Shown here piece after piece: positions 50,815 to 62,363 of a DNA stretch of 64,000 bases. Below the pieces are notes generated by a model, which made no database searches, was not told the DNA's origin, and saw only the letters and a program-made list of their open reading frames with translations. How positions within the stretch are numbered: position 1 is the stretch's first letter; each line of letters opens with the position of its first letter. The stretch is from Felis catus (Eukaryota). The stretch is from positions 161,202,001-161,266,000 of the forward strand of contig NC_058368.1 in NCBI RefSeq assembly GCF_018350175.1, written 5' to 3'. A program made the position numbers and the translations under genes.

Positions 50815-51470
50815 TCATGTATTTTTCTGCCCAGGAGTACCTCCTTTTCCTTTGGTGAAGTATCTGTCACCAAAAGTACCATTTACATTGGAATTTATGA
50901 CCTAAATCATGATCTCTATGACTCTGATCCTGTGGTCACAGTTGGTAGCACCTGACCCAACCTGCTATGAATTTCTGCCCCCAAATTTTGTGATTTACCA
51001 TCAAAAACAGTTTAAGAAATTATCCTTTTAGTGGTCGGCATTGTATGGAAATTACAATATACTATAATTAATATGATATTATAATACAATTCATAATATA
51101 ATATAATATAATATAATATAATATAATATAATTTATAGCTGTTGACCATATTTCCTGCCAAGTTTTTCTTTTTTCTTTTTCCATATTTCCTGCCTAGTTA
51201 AGAAAGCTAGTCTGCAGAGCAGAGACAGTGGGGTGAAAAAAAAAATGAAGGTAATGGTGATGTTTGATTCCTAGCTTCTTGGTGATGTTTGATTCCTAGC
51301 TTCCATGTGTTTCCTAAGACCTAAGTGTTTTCATGCCTTCTTCATGTCTTAGCTTCATTATTATTCCTTAATTTCTCTTTTCTAATAACTTCCCCCTTTT
51401 CCCTCAACTAAAAAAATAATAAAACAAGTTGTTTTATTTTATTGGCAACCAAAATTCAGAGTTTCTACCA
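50815..51470 (+). mobile_element. Old MaLR/ERV-L LTR (MLT1K/L-like), degenerate
   Basis: LTR-like 3' end ttttattggcaaccaaaattcagagtttctacc; internal (ATATA)n. Confidence 0.45.
51255..51303. repeat. 25-bp tandem duplication
   Basis: tggtgatgtttgattcctagcttc occurs twice, identical, period 25. Confidence 0.95.
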
Positions 51471-52004
51471 AGAACTATAGGCAAAGATGTGCTTTGCAGG
51501 TTCACAAATGTCAAAGTAGGGTAGTCCCTAATCCTAATTTAACATTTGAGGTCTGATTCTAATAATCACCTAATACTTATTTCTGGGAAGATGCTCTAGA
51601 AAAATTCATTCCTGCTTTGGTCAAGTTCCTATTAGTTAAGTCTAATCACAATTCCAGTCAGTCCTCTATTTACCTCATTGCCCTATTTACAATTCCAGGA
51701 TAGCTACACCAGGTTTAATGTGAAATCCTTTCTGGTAATTGTTTCTGTGACACAGTGGACCTCTCACATATTCACTGGTTCTTGATCTGAAAGTGTCTGC
51801 ATAATTTTTTGTCAGTCTTTCAGGCGGTGATATTATACTTTCAATATGCCACACTCTTCACCACCACTCACACCCACACAGTGATTTCTCTTGATAATAG
51901 CTCAAAATTCCGGGTAAAGATGCTTACATAAGTACTGAGACACAGGAAAACTAGGCAGGTAAATAAATCACTGTTTCAAAAAAAAAAATCATCATGAACA
52001 TGAA

Positions 52005-52440
52005 ATGCAAATCTAAAATGATAGTCCCATCTCGCCCTTCAGTGGATTTCTGTTATTCCTAAAATAGAGACCAAAATCATTGATTTGCCCTACATGTCTT
52101 AATAAGATAATATGGACCATGACCTGTTTCTAGCTTCATCTCCTGACCATCCTATTCATGTTAGCCCTTATGCAGTATCTAAAATCTATCATTTTCCCCA
52201 GTTTCTGGGCCTTTGCATCTGCTGTTTCCACTGGTGAAAATATTCTTCTCCAGCACTCTTTACTTAGTAAACTTAAATTTAATTCTCAGCTCAAACTTTA
52301 CTTACACAGAGAAGACTTCAATAACACAAAGTTTTAAGTTCTATCTATTATGTTTTATATTATCATATACTCTACGTTTTTCTTTCAAAGCATAAGTTGG
52401 TAGTTACATGATTTTGTGATTCTGTAACATACACACATAT

Positions 52441-52490
<50 letters not shown>

Positions 52491-52590
52491 CTACCTTTCT
52501 AGATTAGTCCTAAGAGAGCATAGATCATGTTTGCTTGACCATCCTTGTATCTCAGAACCTAGACCTAAGACAATGCCTGGCAAAAGAAAA
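52005..52590 (+). mobile_element. L2 LINE 3' fragment containing (CA)n at 52445-52489
   Basis: gggcctttgcatctgctgtttcc and gtatctcagaacctag...caatgcctggca L2 motifs. Confidence 0.7.
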
Positions 52591-52599
52591 AGCAATAAA

Positions 52600-52800
52600 A
52601 CACAGCTGCTAAGATTGTGAATTTAGGAGCAAGATCTATGGAGTTCAAATATAAGTGCTGACTCCTCCTTGGGCGACTTTAGGCAAGTTGCTTAATTTCT
52701 CTGTGCCTCAGTTCTCTTATCGCTGAACTGGAGATCTATAGTAGCACCTACCTTGTAAGTTATAACAATTAAGTATACGATAGAGCTTTAGAATGGCTGT
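52600..52800 (+). mobile_element. MIR SINE
   Basis: gactttaggcaagttgcttaatttctctgtgcctcagtt core. Confidence 0.8.
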
Positions 52801-53414
52801 ACTAGTCACTCCTCAGTTCATCAAAGGTAATGATCCAAATGGATTAGAAATGTAAGTCCCCAGAAGACGAGAACCTTCATCTTTCTGAATCCAAACAGTC
52901 TTATCTAAAACCATCACTTGCCCAGATTGTCCCAAGAGTCTTGTGAAAAAAGAGCTGGTCCCGGAAGGAAGGAATTTAGCTGCTCACAGCACCTCACTGT
53001 AGACTTTGAGCCCAGAATGGAGTAGTCAATAGCAACCAGAGCCTCTTTCTAGGAAGCCAGGACTTCCACTTACCTGGGTCTTTTTCACAAAGTCTTAGGG
53101 GATAAGAAAAGAATTGCAGTAGATAAGAGCATAGAGTTTACAGTCAGACAGATCTGCAATTATGGACCATTTTGTTCACAAATATTTGGTTCCCCTTGCT
53201 GACAGAGTTATATACCTCCAACCCTATGCTAGTGAACTGAGGTGTGGCTTTGGGATTTATTTTGGCCAATAATGTATAAGAGAAAATAATGTGTATCACT
53301 TCTGGGAAGAAGCTTAAGAGACAACATTGTGTCCATCACATTTTATTTTCTTCTGTCACTATGACCTAAACACTACAGCTGTGGCCATTCCAGAGAAGGA
53401 AGACAATGTACACT

Positions 53415-53525
53415 GTGTATATATATCATATATATATATATATATATCATATATATATCATAGTGTATATATATCATATATATTGTATATATATATATCG
53501 TATATATATTGTGTATATATATACA
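53415..53525. repeat. TA-rich low-complexity repeat
   Basis: Degenerate (TA)n with interruptions. Confidence 0.9.
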
Positions 53526-55609
53526 TGCCTTTGAAATTGTAAAATGTTCATGTAGTACTTTCTACAGCCTAGCACATGCTAATACATGTGAAATTTAATT
53601 CCTGCTTCACTGAATGCTAATTCTGGGATCATGAGCAAGTTACTTAAACTTCTTGACTTATAATTTTCATAGTTGGATATAAGAGTAAAGTCTGGGATAA
53701 ATATATTTGGTGGTGCTATTAATATTTTTCTGCCTACCATCATTCCTTCCTATATAAAGGAAAGGCTAAAAACCTAAAAATAATTTTTCTTCCTTGAAGC
53801 TAAAATTCTGAATGAAAAAAAATGACTTACTATAAATTAAGTACTCTCCTCTGAGATTTAAAAGGATAAATGTGGCAGAGACTATCTTCCAGCTACTTTA
53901 GCTATATTCTGTTGGCAAGTAAAGATGTGGAGATGTCTTCATTAAGTCTCTGGATTTGAGGATGTTGAAGGTAGCTGTGGCAGAGTAGTAACTATGTAGT
54001 GGTCAGGTTCTGCTATAGGCTTGGTATCATTCCTAGATGCCATCCTGGAGTCCACGTCTCAACCTCCACTAAGTTTTGAAAACAGAATTCCTTTTGCTTA
54101 ACTCTTTTTTACTTCAAATATCTAGGGTGGTTCTGATTTCTGTCCAAAGTCCTGGCTGATTCTGGTTTTGGTTATTGTGAACATCAAAGTATATATAGAA
54201 CATGTAAAACATTCTTCTTCCAGTCCTCAGAATGTAATTAGCTCAACAAATATTAGATGCTATTATTTTTATTGAAAGTCCTTTACTTAGATGTTCAAAC
54301 ACAGAAAGTGATATTGTCCCTGGGTTCTTTCTGTGATTCATGTATTTGATAGTATTCTAGGTGATGAGGATAAACAAGCAAGTAAATGAGGCCAGATGGC
54401 TGCCCAAACTTTTTTTTGAAACTTCATGGGTAAAAATAATTTCTCCAGCATCAGCTGACAGTCAAACTCCTGAAAAATTTTACTTGTCCTACATACTCAT
54501 ATTGACTATCCAGTATCTCCCTTTGGGGTTTCATAATTTCAGTTCAGCTGCTAGGCTAACACACCTTCCCATAAAACACCCAAAATCACTGCTAAATGTA
54601 GTAAACTTGCTTTATATGAGACTAGTATCAGTTTCCCTAGCACTCCCTGTCACATGGATAACTGCAACAAATGTGAAGAATAGGAAAAGGAATACATTCA
54701 AAGCCAAATGATTTCCCACTAAACTGTTAAATCACTTAAACGGCCAACTTGGCACCATTAAATTTACTCATGATGGTACTTCCCAATTAGAAAATGTGTT
54801 TACATGTTGGTGAGAGACATACTTAGGATTTAATTGGAATTGATGATAGCACAGTAGTTGGTAAATTTAATGATGCCAACTGGTCATTTAGGTGACTCTG
54901 TCATTAGTTATATAGGCTGATAAAATCCTTATTTAAAAGGAGTATATTGCATCATTAATTATGGAGCAGAGCTTCTCATTTCATGTGGCTAGATGTGAAA
55001 CATATTGAAGAAACTCAGGGATCCGTTACACCAAATGTCAACTTTGAGTATACTGGCAGAGATGGAGATTCAAATGTACTATCACATATATAGTAGATAT
55101 TAAAATAATAGTAATTATTCAAAATCGGAGTGATTACCTGATGTTTTTGGAAATATAAAATAAATATACTGTGAGTTAGAAATAGTAGAAATATTCATAA
55201 TTGATTACTGGAAGGTAATTTACATATAAATTACCTAATTATATTAGGGTACAAGTTGCCAATTATCATGATTGTAACTTTCTTTACTATTAAAGTTAAT
55301 AACCCCAGTGGTAGGCATTTGGTTACAGCATAGTATAAATAACTGAATGTGCATAATGTTGAATATTTCAGAAAGCACTTCTATGTGTTTCACATCATTT
55401 AATTATTATAAAACTTCTGAAATAATACTGATAAGGAAGATTTCTCTCAATTACAATGACTTTCCCAAATCAAAGATAATGCAGTACCAACTCTATGAAC
55501 TACATGAACTAACTAACAATGGTTTGGTTTGACATCCTTAGCTCTGAGTTAATTTTTTTTAACAGTGCTGACGCGTGGTAAATATTTCTTGGTAAATAAG
55601 TATTAGCCA

Positions 55610-55712
55610 TAGTAGTAGTGGTGGTTTTGGTGGTAGTGGTAATAGTTTCAGCAGTAGTATTGACAGTAGTAGTAGCATTAATAGTAGCAGTAGTATTAAT
55701 GGTAGTAGTAAT
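55610..55712. repeat. Degenerate (GTA/GTG)n trinucleotide tract
   Basis: tagtagtagtggtggttttggtggtagtgg...; accounts for the Thr-rich ORF 55509-55751(-). Confidence 0.85.
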
Positions 55713-56493
55713 AAACACTAGGTCATAGTGGTACTGTTTCACCTGTGCCACTCTCCCCCATACCTAATGTGAGAATATATCTACAACAGAAGGGTAATTT
55801 AAAAGCATTTTTTGATACATATTAAAATTTCCAGGCAACAGAAATAATTGGCTACTTACTTCTTTTCAGATACACCATTCTTAGCTTTATAAAAACATTA
55901 TCTATTTCAAAAGAGAACAGGTAATTTACACATATGACACTGTTGAATCAAAGATGGCCTAATATTAAAGTGATATGCTAGAAGAAGGATCCAAATTTGA
56001 TATACAACGATCTTTTCAGGGTTCATGAATGTCTTTATGTGGTAAATTAAAAAGAAAAAAATAGCAATCACGATGAACATGCATCAACATGAGTTGGCAT
56101 GAGAGAAAAATGAGTTAGCATGATAAATGAAATCATTCCTTATTAAAATTATCAGTAATTATATATAAAAGCAATAGCATATTGGACTGGAAGTATGGTT
56201 TGTATTCTAGCAAATTAATACCACATGGTCGCAGATGTTTTTTGAACTGCACAACAGTTTTCTTGGATCTTTTTCAAAATAAGAAAGTATCCAAGTCATC
56301 AAATGTAACTTACCCTGACCAAAGGAAATCAAAATACTCTCAAAAAGGAAGCTCACATTTTACATGTTTGCTTCATTCTTCTTAAACATTAGCTCTTCCT
56401 GCTTCTTTTTGCAGATGAAGTGTCATACAACAGATCCTGACTTTATTTCAGGTGAGCTTAATTATTCTGGGCAAATGAAATGCCATCTTTCTA

Positions 56494-56624
56494 TCCCAAT
56501 TTCCACTTCCTAAGAGAGTATTAATAGCCTCTGTTGATTACAGTGTCTATTCCTGATCAAGTCCCAAATTCCAGTTCCTAAGAGAATATTAATAGCTTCC
56601 ATGGATTCCAGTGTCTATACCTGA
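56494..56624. repeat. Two-copy tandem duplication, period 68 bp
   Basis: Copies at 56494-56556 and 56562-56624; 9 mismatches in 63 nt by manual alignment. Confidence 0.9.
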
Positions 56625-56804
56625 GAAAGGACTGCATATTATGAACTCGGCAAGTATCTTATATCTGTTATGGGTGACAAAGTAGTTCTCATAGAAATAG
56701 GCACATTATTCTGCAGCTGACTAATATCAGGTAATTTTGAAAAAAAACTGAACTTCAATTTCTTCTATGAAATGATGATTACAATACGTTGTTTAAAGGG
56801 AATA

Positions 56805-57712
56805 CAGTAAAACCTTCATTTGCGAGCATAATTCATTCCAGAAACATGCTTGCAATCCAAAGCACTTGTATATCAAAGAAAATTTCCCCATAAGAAATAG
56901 TGGAAACTCAGATGATACATTCCACAACCCAAAAATATTCATAGAAAAATAATTCCAACACTGTAATATAATAAAAATAATAAATAAAATACAAAACATA
57001 AAGAAAAATAAACAAATTAACCTGTACTTATCTTTGAATACCATGGCCCGTCTGAGGGAGACAAGAGAGAGGAGAGTTATTGTGCAGGATGGCTTTCACT
57101 ATTACTAACAAAATCACTGCTACCTGTTGGCTCAATGAAATCTTTTCCTTTAACAAGGAACATATCCAATGACACTTGCTTTTGCCTCCTTTTCAGGATG
57201 TTGCAGAAATGTGACATTGCATTATCGTTAAACAGATTCAACACTCGGACTACTACAGCCTTATTTAAGTGATGCCTTTCTACAAAATTTTTCAGTTTCC
57301 CACATTTTATACATCTCCCTAATCTCATTTGAAGTGAGGGATTCCTCTGCCTTTTTCTCCTCCTCCTCTGCAGACAAGGTCTCCTCCATAACCTTTTGCT
57401 TTTGCTCACAATGCAACAGTTGGATGCAACAGTCAGGTGCCAGTTGTGGGCATCTAACATTCTGAAAAATTATTGATTTCTGCCAAACACCATGGGCTGA
57501 GACCAAGCCTCTGAGCATGGGAGATGATCACCCACAATCCTGTAGTGAGAAAGGGAGATAACCATTGGCTCAGTGATCATGTGACATTCAATGTCACATA
57601 CTACTAATATTGCAAGACTTTGCTTGCTTATCAAGTTAAAATTTATTAGAAATGTTTGCTCATCTTGCAGAACACTCGCAGAACAAGTTACTTGCAATCC
57701 AAGGTTTTACTG
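56805..57712 (-). mobile_element. TcMar-Tigger DNA transposon, internally deleted (908 bp), inserted in a MIR
   Basis: TA TSDs at 56803-56804 and 57713-57714; TIRs cagtaaaacctt / aaggttttactg; transposase C-terminal remnant on the minus strand. Confidence 0.93.
57077..57410 (-). pseudogene. Tigger/pogo-type transposase C-terminal remnant (frameshifted)
   Basis: EEEEKKAEESLTSNEIREMYKMWET, then after a frameshift FVERHH...LFNDNAMSHFCNILKRRQKQVSLDMFL. Confidence 0.8.
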
Positions 57713-57989
57713 TATTTCAAACAATTGTTATCATGTGTAAAAATAACATGCCTCACATAGTGTCTGGTGTATGGGAGGTGCTCAATAAATGTCAGTTGTT
57801 TGGATGGTGGTGGTGGTATTATTGGGAAGAGATCATATGGCACTCATCTGTGTATTCCTCCCAAGGATTTACCACGATATCTCTCAATATAGTTGGTTCT
57901 TCTTTCTTTCTGCTCAGATATTATTTAGTTGTTTAATTGGTATTATTTAACTACCATCTAACAGGATCTTTCATTTGGGTCTTTTAAAA

Positions 57990-58484
57990 CTGTTTTTTGT
58001 TGTGTTTTGAGTACAGTTGACACAAAACTAATGGCACACATCGGTTTCTGGTGTACAACATAATCTTTCAAATTCTTTATATGTTATGCTATTACCACCA
58101 CAAGTGTAGCTACCATCTGTTATCATACAATGCTCTTACAATATTACTGACCATATCCCTATGCTGTGCCCTTTATTCCTGTGACTTATTCATTCCATAA
58201 ATGGAATCTTGTATCTCCCTGTCCCCTTAATCCTTTTTACCCATCCCCCATCCTTTTCTTTCTAGCCAACTGTCAGTTTATTCTCTGTATTTATAGGTCT
58301 GATTCTACTTTTTATTTATTTGTTTGTTTACTTGTTTTGTGTTTTACATTGCACATATGAGTGAAATCATATCACACTTACCTTTCTCAGTCTGCCTTGT
58401 TTCACTTAACATAATACCCTCTACATCCATCCATGTTTTTTGCAAATGGCAAAAATTTCATCCCTTTTGTGGTTGTGTAATCTT

Positions 58485-58529
<45 letters not shown>

Positions 58530-58630
58530 GTACACTACACCTTTTGTATCCCTTAGTCTCCTGATGGACACTTAGGCTGCTTCTGCAACTTGGCTACTGT
58601 AAATAATGTTTCAGTAAACATAAGGGCGCA
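57990..58630 (-). mobile_element. L1 3' region (L1MA9/carnivore-like) containing (TG)n
   Basis: ccacaagtgtagctaccatctg and gatggacacttaggctgcttc L1 3' motifs. Confidence 0.88.
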
Positions 58631-58645
58631 TACAATTGGTTTTTA

Positions 58646-58855
58646 ATTTTTTTTCCACATTTATTCATTTTTAAGAGACAGAGAGAGACAGAGCATGAGC
58701 GGGGAAAGGGCAGAGAGGGAGACACAGAATCTAAAGCAAGCTCCAGGCTCTGAGCTGTCAGACAGAGCCCAACGTGGGGCTTGAACTTACGAACTGCAAG
58801 ATCATGACCTGAGCCAGAGTCAGACGCTCAACCAACTGAGCCACCCAGGCGCCCC
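58646..58855 (-). mobile_element. CAN-SINE (feline type)
   Basis: TSD aca(a/g)ttggttttta. Confidence 0.96.
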
Positions 58856-59481
58856 AACAGTTGGTTTTTAATAAGTTTTCATTAAACTATTTAAATTATA
58901 TGCTCTAGAAAGGAAGGACAGCAGGTAGCATCCCCTTCATATACATATATAAAGGTCAGCATGTGATTCTGACTTCAAGAAATTAATCACGATCTTTTAA
59001 TTCTGTTGGCACATAGTAATATTTGTGAATCAATTAATTTCATAGTTTAATTTCAAAAGGCTCAAGATTCAGACAAAGGGCAACTTTCCTGATGTTTGGC
59101 ATGTTTTTATTCTCAATACACACTTGTTCTCAGCAGGATGCAAATAGTGTATCATGGAAAATTGCTTTATTTTCAAAGGCTGTAATAGAAATAAAATGAA
59201 TTTTGAAAACTCAGATATATGCATACTCGGCAGCAACAATTATGCCTACAATCATAAATATATCAAATGCCTCATTTGTTCTTGTGTTGTTTCAAAGATT
59301 ACTTTTCAAATGTTCTCATAGAGCACTCTTTCAACTCTGTCATGAGTCCTAAAAATAGCAGTTATTTACATAAATAGATAGCATTCTCCATGGGGTTTGG
59401 TTGTTTCTGGGTTTTAGATCTCCTTTTCCCTTTCTTAAAAAGGCAGTTAGGGGCCCAGACAAAAGTTGGAGACCATGACTC

Positions 59482-59503
59482 TGTGTGTGTGTGTGTGTGT
59501 GTG

Positions 59504-59552
<49 letters not shown>

Positions 59553-59861
59553 CATTTATATTACATTTATATTACATATATTACATGTATATATATAGAG
59601 ATTATATAACTATGTATTATATATAGTATATATAGCTATGTATTACTATATATATAACTATGTATTACTATATATACACATTAATATATAATATACATTT
59701 ATTACATTTATATTACATATATATTACATTTATATTACATATATTACATGTATATAGAGAGAGATTATATAACTATGTATTATATATAGTATATATAGCT
59801 ATGTATTACTATATATATAACTATGTATTACTATATATACACATTAATATATAATATACAT
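59482..59861. repeat. (TG)n(TA)n microsatellite followed by an AT-rich higher-order duplication
   Basis: Copies of about 138 nt at 59561-59698 and 59724-59861, nearly identical. Confidence 0.92.
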
Positions 59862-59889
59862 GCACACTAGTATGCATATGCACACATTT

Positions 59890-60180
59890 TGAATGAATTA
59901 ATGAATAAAACTATACATTTTCCTTCATTGCACCCACCATTATATGCTTGTGTTTTGGCACTGAAGATTCAATAGTGAATAAACAGGTAAAAATCTTTAC
60001 CTTCTTGGAGTTATATTCTTAATGAGAAGCTAGAAATAAACATGATAAAAAAGCATTTTAGGTGTAGATATTTCAGGTAGTATATAGCTCTAAGGAGAAA
60101 AATATGAAGCAAAGAAGTAAGGTTATGTAAAGAGTAAATTTTAGAGAAGGTATCAGAAGCTCACTGAGAGTAGAGAATTT
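59890..60180 (-). mobile_element. L2 3' fragment
   Basis: tgttttggcactgaagattcaatagtgaataaacagg...ccttcttggagttatattct. Confidence 0.6.
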
Positions 60181-60600
60181 TAGTATTTACATATATACAG
60201 TTTCCTTTTTTTAAAAAATATATTTTTCTCCTAATTTCAGGCGTAATTTAGGTTGATTCTCTTAAAAAATTCAAACACTGTGGACAAATATAACATAAAA
60301 CTGAAAAATGTGTAACATGACATGTATAATATAAAACTAAAAACCCTTTAATTCAGATCATGTATGTATATGTTTACCACAACCCTGCACATAGGATGAT
60401 CTTGTATATACTGCTCAGTAACTTTCTTTCCTCCTTCTTCAATATGGTTTACACAGATTCCTGTCAATTTTACTTAACTGGCCAGATGATTTTAATAGAA
60501 ACTGAAGCACACCTTGGAAGCACAGCTTGAAACTATGAAGCCACTTTGGTGGTCCTAAATAAAAAGCAACAATTCACGTACATCTCTAAAAAGCATTTTT

Positions 60601-60827
60601 GGGGGCGCCTGGGTGGTGCAGTCGGTTAAGCGTCCGACTTCAGCTCAGGTCACGATCTTGCGGTCTGTGAGTTCCAGCCCCTCGTCAGGCTCTGGGCTGA
60701 TGGCTCAGAGCCTGGAGCCTGCTTCTGATTCTGTGTCTCCTTCTCTCTCTGTCCCTCCCCCCTTCATGCTCTGTGTCTCTCTGTCTCAAAAATAAATAAA
60801 CGTTAAAAAAAATTAAAAAAAAATAAA
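60601..60827 (+). mobile_element. CAN-SINE (younger feline type)
   Basis: CpG-retaining body; TSD taaaaag(c/t)atttt. Confidence 0.97.
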
Positions 60828-60840
60828 TAAAAAGTATTTT

Positions 60841-61038
60841 GGGGTATTTAAGTGGCTCAGTTGGTGAAGCATCTGACTATTGATTTCAGCTCAGGTCATG
60901 ATTTCATGGTTTGTGAGATGGAACTCCACATCGGGCTCTGTGCTGAGAGTGCAGAGCCTACTAGGGATTCTCTTTCTCCAGCTGTCTCTCTGCCCCTCAC
61001 CCATTCTCCCTCTCTTTCTCAAAATAAGTAAGCATTTA

Positions 61039-61077
<39 letters not shown>
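60841..61077 (+). mobile_element. CAN-SINE (older) with (AAAT)n tail
   Basis: ggggtatttaagtggctcag head; followed by agcatttt. Confidence 0.95.
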
Positions 61078-61078
<1 letters not shown>

Positions 61079-62126
61079 AGCATTTTGCATTCATGAGAAA
61101 TTAACACGGTGTAAATCCTTATATTTGTAAAACATGATTTTAGCTTGTCTGTCTTTACAAAGTTCCTAAATAATATATTTATTTTGGATGATGGATTATG
61201 GAAAGCTTGTTCATACATCCAAAGGTTGACATGTTAAATTACACATTTTCATCTTTCAGAAATGAACTAAGTATGAAATCTTTCCATGGTATATAATATA
61301 ATGTCTTGTTTCTTTTGACAAATGCTCCCATCCTCATTTATAATATAAGCCTGCATTTTCAAAAGTGTAACTATTGATGAATGCTATATCAAAAGTTTAA
61401 TTAGGAACTAATATTTTCAATAAGAAATGATCAAATTATCTATATGATAGGCACTTTGAGCACGATTTTTGTGATCAACTCTAATGATTTGTTTGTTGAA
61501 ATCAAATAATTATGCCTTTAATAGAATCATTAATGTCAGTAAATGGTCATTTGTTTCAGTATGATGATGATTGGATTCTTTGGCAACAATTCAGATATAT
61601 TAACATGTTCCCATTAAGAGTGAGGTAAACAAGGCACATTGTCTCATAGCAGCTAACAAATTGTTCCTTATAATCAAGGTAAGTACTATAGAACCATAAT
61701 AATTACTTCCTCTTTTATTCTTTCCTGCTGTTAAAATGATTCGGTTCCTTTTTTCTGAGTAATTGATTTGGCAATTCTATTTGACATATTCTAATTGGAG
61801 TCTTGAGGTGCATGATTCACATCTTTGGTTGAGCCTTATCCTTCTGCAAGTACGTATCTCCCTAACAATAGGTGAATATGGGCTCAGTGGAACTTCTGAG
61901 TCCATTTAGAGCTATTTTAAAAACTGGAGCAGACATTGTAAAGGTACTTTTATTTAGCAGAGTAAATAACCTATTAGAAAAAATTGAGGCCTTAAAAAGT
62001 TTTCCTTGATGAGACACAAAAACAACAACAACAAAATACTAGAGGCTATTTTTATTCTTATTTATGCCCTACCATATTGAACCAAAATAGGTTTTGATCC
62101 AAGTATTATGAATATAAGCATTTTAT

Positions 62127-62330
62127 TAAAAAAAAATAATGTTTATTTATTTTTGACAGAGAGACAGAGTGTGAGCGGGGGAGGGGCAGAGAGAGAGGGA
62201 GACAGAATCCGAAGCAGACTCCAGGCTCTGAGCTGTCAGCACAGAGCCTGATGCAGGGTCTGAACTCACGAACCACGAGATCATGACCTGAGCCAAAGAC
62301 GCTCAACCAACTGAGCCATCCAGGTGCCCC
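62127..62330 (-). mobile_element. CAN-SINE (feline type)
   Basis: TSD tataagcatt(t/c)tatt. Confidence 0.96.
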
Positions 62331-62363
62331 TTATAAGCATTCTATTTTAAAAATAGCAACAGA

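Noticed and set aside
54361..54711. 116-aa ORF in unique sequence
   Set aside because: No recognisable domain, composition unremarkable, no supporting exon structure.
55509..55751. Thr-rich mucin-like ORF
   Set aside because: Product of a degenerate trinucleotide tract.
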